A stretch of 63,971 bases of DNA, counting the filler, from Octopus bimaculoides (lineage: Eukaryota), in assembly GCF_001194135.2 (NCBI RefSeq). It is 4 parts of 4 records of this genome, joined end to end, with 100 filler letters (N's around TTAATTAATTAA, not from the genome) between each part and the next. Parts side by side here need not be neighbours in the genome. Positions count along the whole stretch, not along the records: positions 60,289 to 63,971 come from NC_068986.1; 3 more parts are not named here. One strand, given 5' to 3'. The translations under genes were made by a program, and so were the position numbers. Below, piece by piece: positions 62,914 through 63,971 of the stretch; position 1 is the first letter of the stretch, and each line of letters opens with the position of its first letter. The notes beneath the pieces are model-generated. The model saw only the letters and a list, made by a program, of their open reading frames with translations. It was not told the DNA's origin and did no database searches.

Positions 62914-63110
62914 TGTATATGTTTGTCACCCCAACATCGCTTGGCAACCGATGTTGGTGTGTTTACGTCCTCATAACTTAGCGGTTCGGCAATAGAGACC
63001 GGTACAATAAGTACTAAGCTTACAAAGAATAAGTCCTGGGGGCGATTTGCTCGACTAAAAGCGGTGCTCCAACATGGCCACAGTCAAATGACTAAAACAG
63101 GTAAAAGAGT
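62676..63110 (+). mobile_element. SINE family A, near full length
   Basis: Colinear with 43713-44130. Confidence 0.9.
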
Positions 63111-63730
63111 ATAAAAGACATATATGCATGTATGTATGGGTGACTATGCGGACTGTGTATTTGGATGGGTATATACATTAACTATTCGTTCAATCAATTT
63201 TAATTTATGATTTCTCTTCATATCATTTTGTTTTTCTCCATCTTTGCATCATATATGTGAAGATGTGTGTCTCTGTGTATGTGTATCTATGTTCATGTAT
63301 ACGCATGTGAATATGTGTGGTCATGTATATGCAGGATAATACGAATATATAGGTATGTATAGCTAACTTATTAACATTTAAAAGGTACATATAAGAATAG
63401 TTTCATTCTATCTATTATTCATTTATTCTTAACATACCTTAATAATTTACCATATATTTTTGTTGTGTACGCTTCTTTCCTTCCGCGTCCAACGTTTCTT
63501 TTATATTAATCTTTATATGGTAGCGCATTTGTGCATGAACTCATATATTGTCCGTTTTACTATTCTCCCACTATATTTTCTCTTACTTCTTTATAAATAT
63601 CGTAGCATCACATAAACCTTGATATATTATCCCTTGATCTAAGTATTTGATAATTTTAACTAATTCAAGTAATTTAATAAAATTAACCCTACTTAGTTTG
63701 ATATGTATGTAATTATTTATGTATGTATAC

Positions 63731-63766
<36 letters not shown>

Positions 63767-63869
63767 TTGTGTATGTATATGTATGTGTAAATATATGTAT
63801 ACTTAATGATTTCACTTCTGTACTCCCATACTTTAATAACCTCTTTATTGTTTCTTTATTATTTTTTTG

Positions 63870-63971
63870 TTGGCACTCCGTCGCTTACGACGTCGAGGGT
63901 TCCAGTTGATCCAATCAACGGAACAGCCTGCTGGTGAAATTAACGTGCAAGTGGTTGAGCACTCCACAGAC
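63870..63971 (-). mobile_element. SINE family B 3' end (runs off the window)
   Basis: Reverse complement of 26330-26430. Confidence 0.85.

Overview
Animal genomic DNA from a gapped draft assembly. It is AT-rich, dense in microsatellites and transposons, and has many N-runs. The SINE/RTE/Penelope/mariner repeat landscape suggests an octopod (Octopus-like) genome; this is inference. The one confidently identifiable gene is CTCF (+ strand). Its N-terminus, YDF cohesin-binding motif and all 11 C2H2 zinc fingers lie in one 2.5-kb exon (9387-11921), and its downstream exon(s) could not be located. The rest is mostly decayed repeats: several tRNA-headed SINE families, RTE, CR1/L2-type and R4/Dong-type LINE fragments, Penelope-like fragments, mariner/maT/Tc1 remnants and piggyBac-type MITEs, often nested. 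The most unusual signal is a set of minimal type-I hammerhead ribozyme motifs. One has an intact catalytic core (47619-47662). Its inverted sister copy sits downstream of a Pol III tRNA-like head, which suggests a tRNA-SINE/hammerhead hybrid element. Further hammerhead relics lie at about 600, 12190-12290 (intron just after the CTCF exon) and 60400. Nearly all ORFs in the supplied track other than CTCF and transposon fragments are artefacts of microsatellites or N-gaps. No CRISPR, rRNA or genuine tRNA genes were seen. Repeat boundaries were read by eye and are approximate unless a TSD or TIR is quoted.
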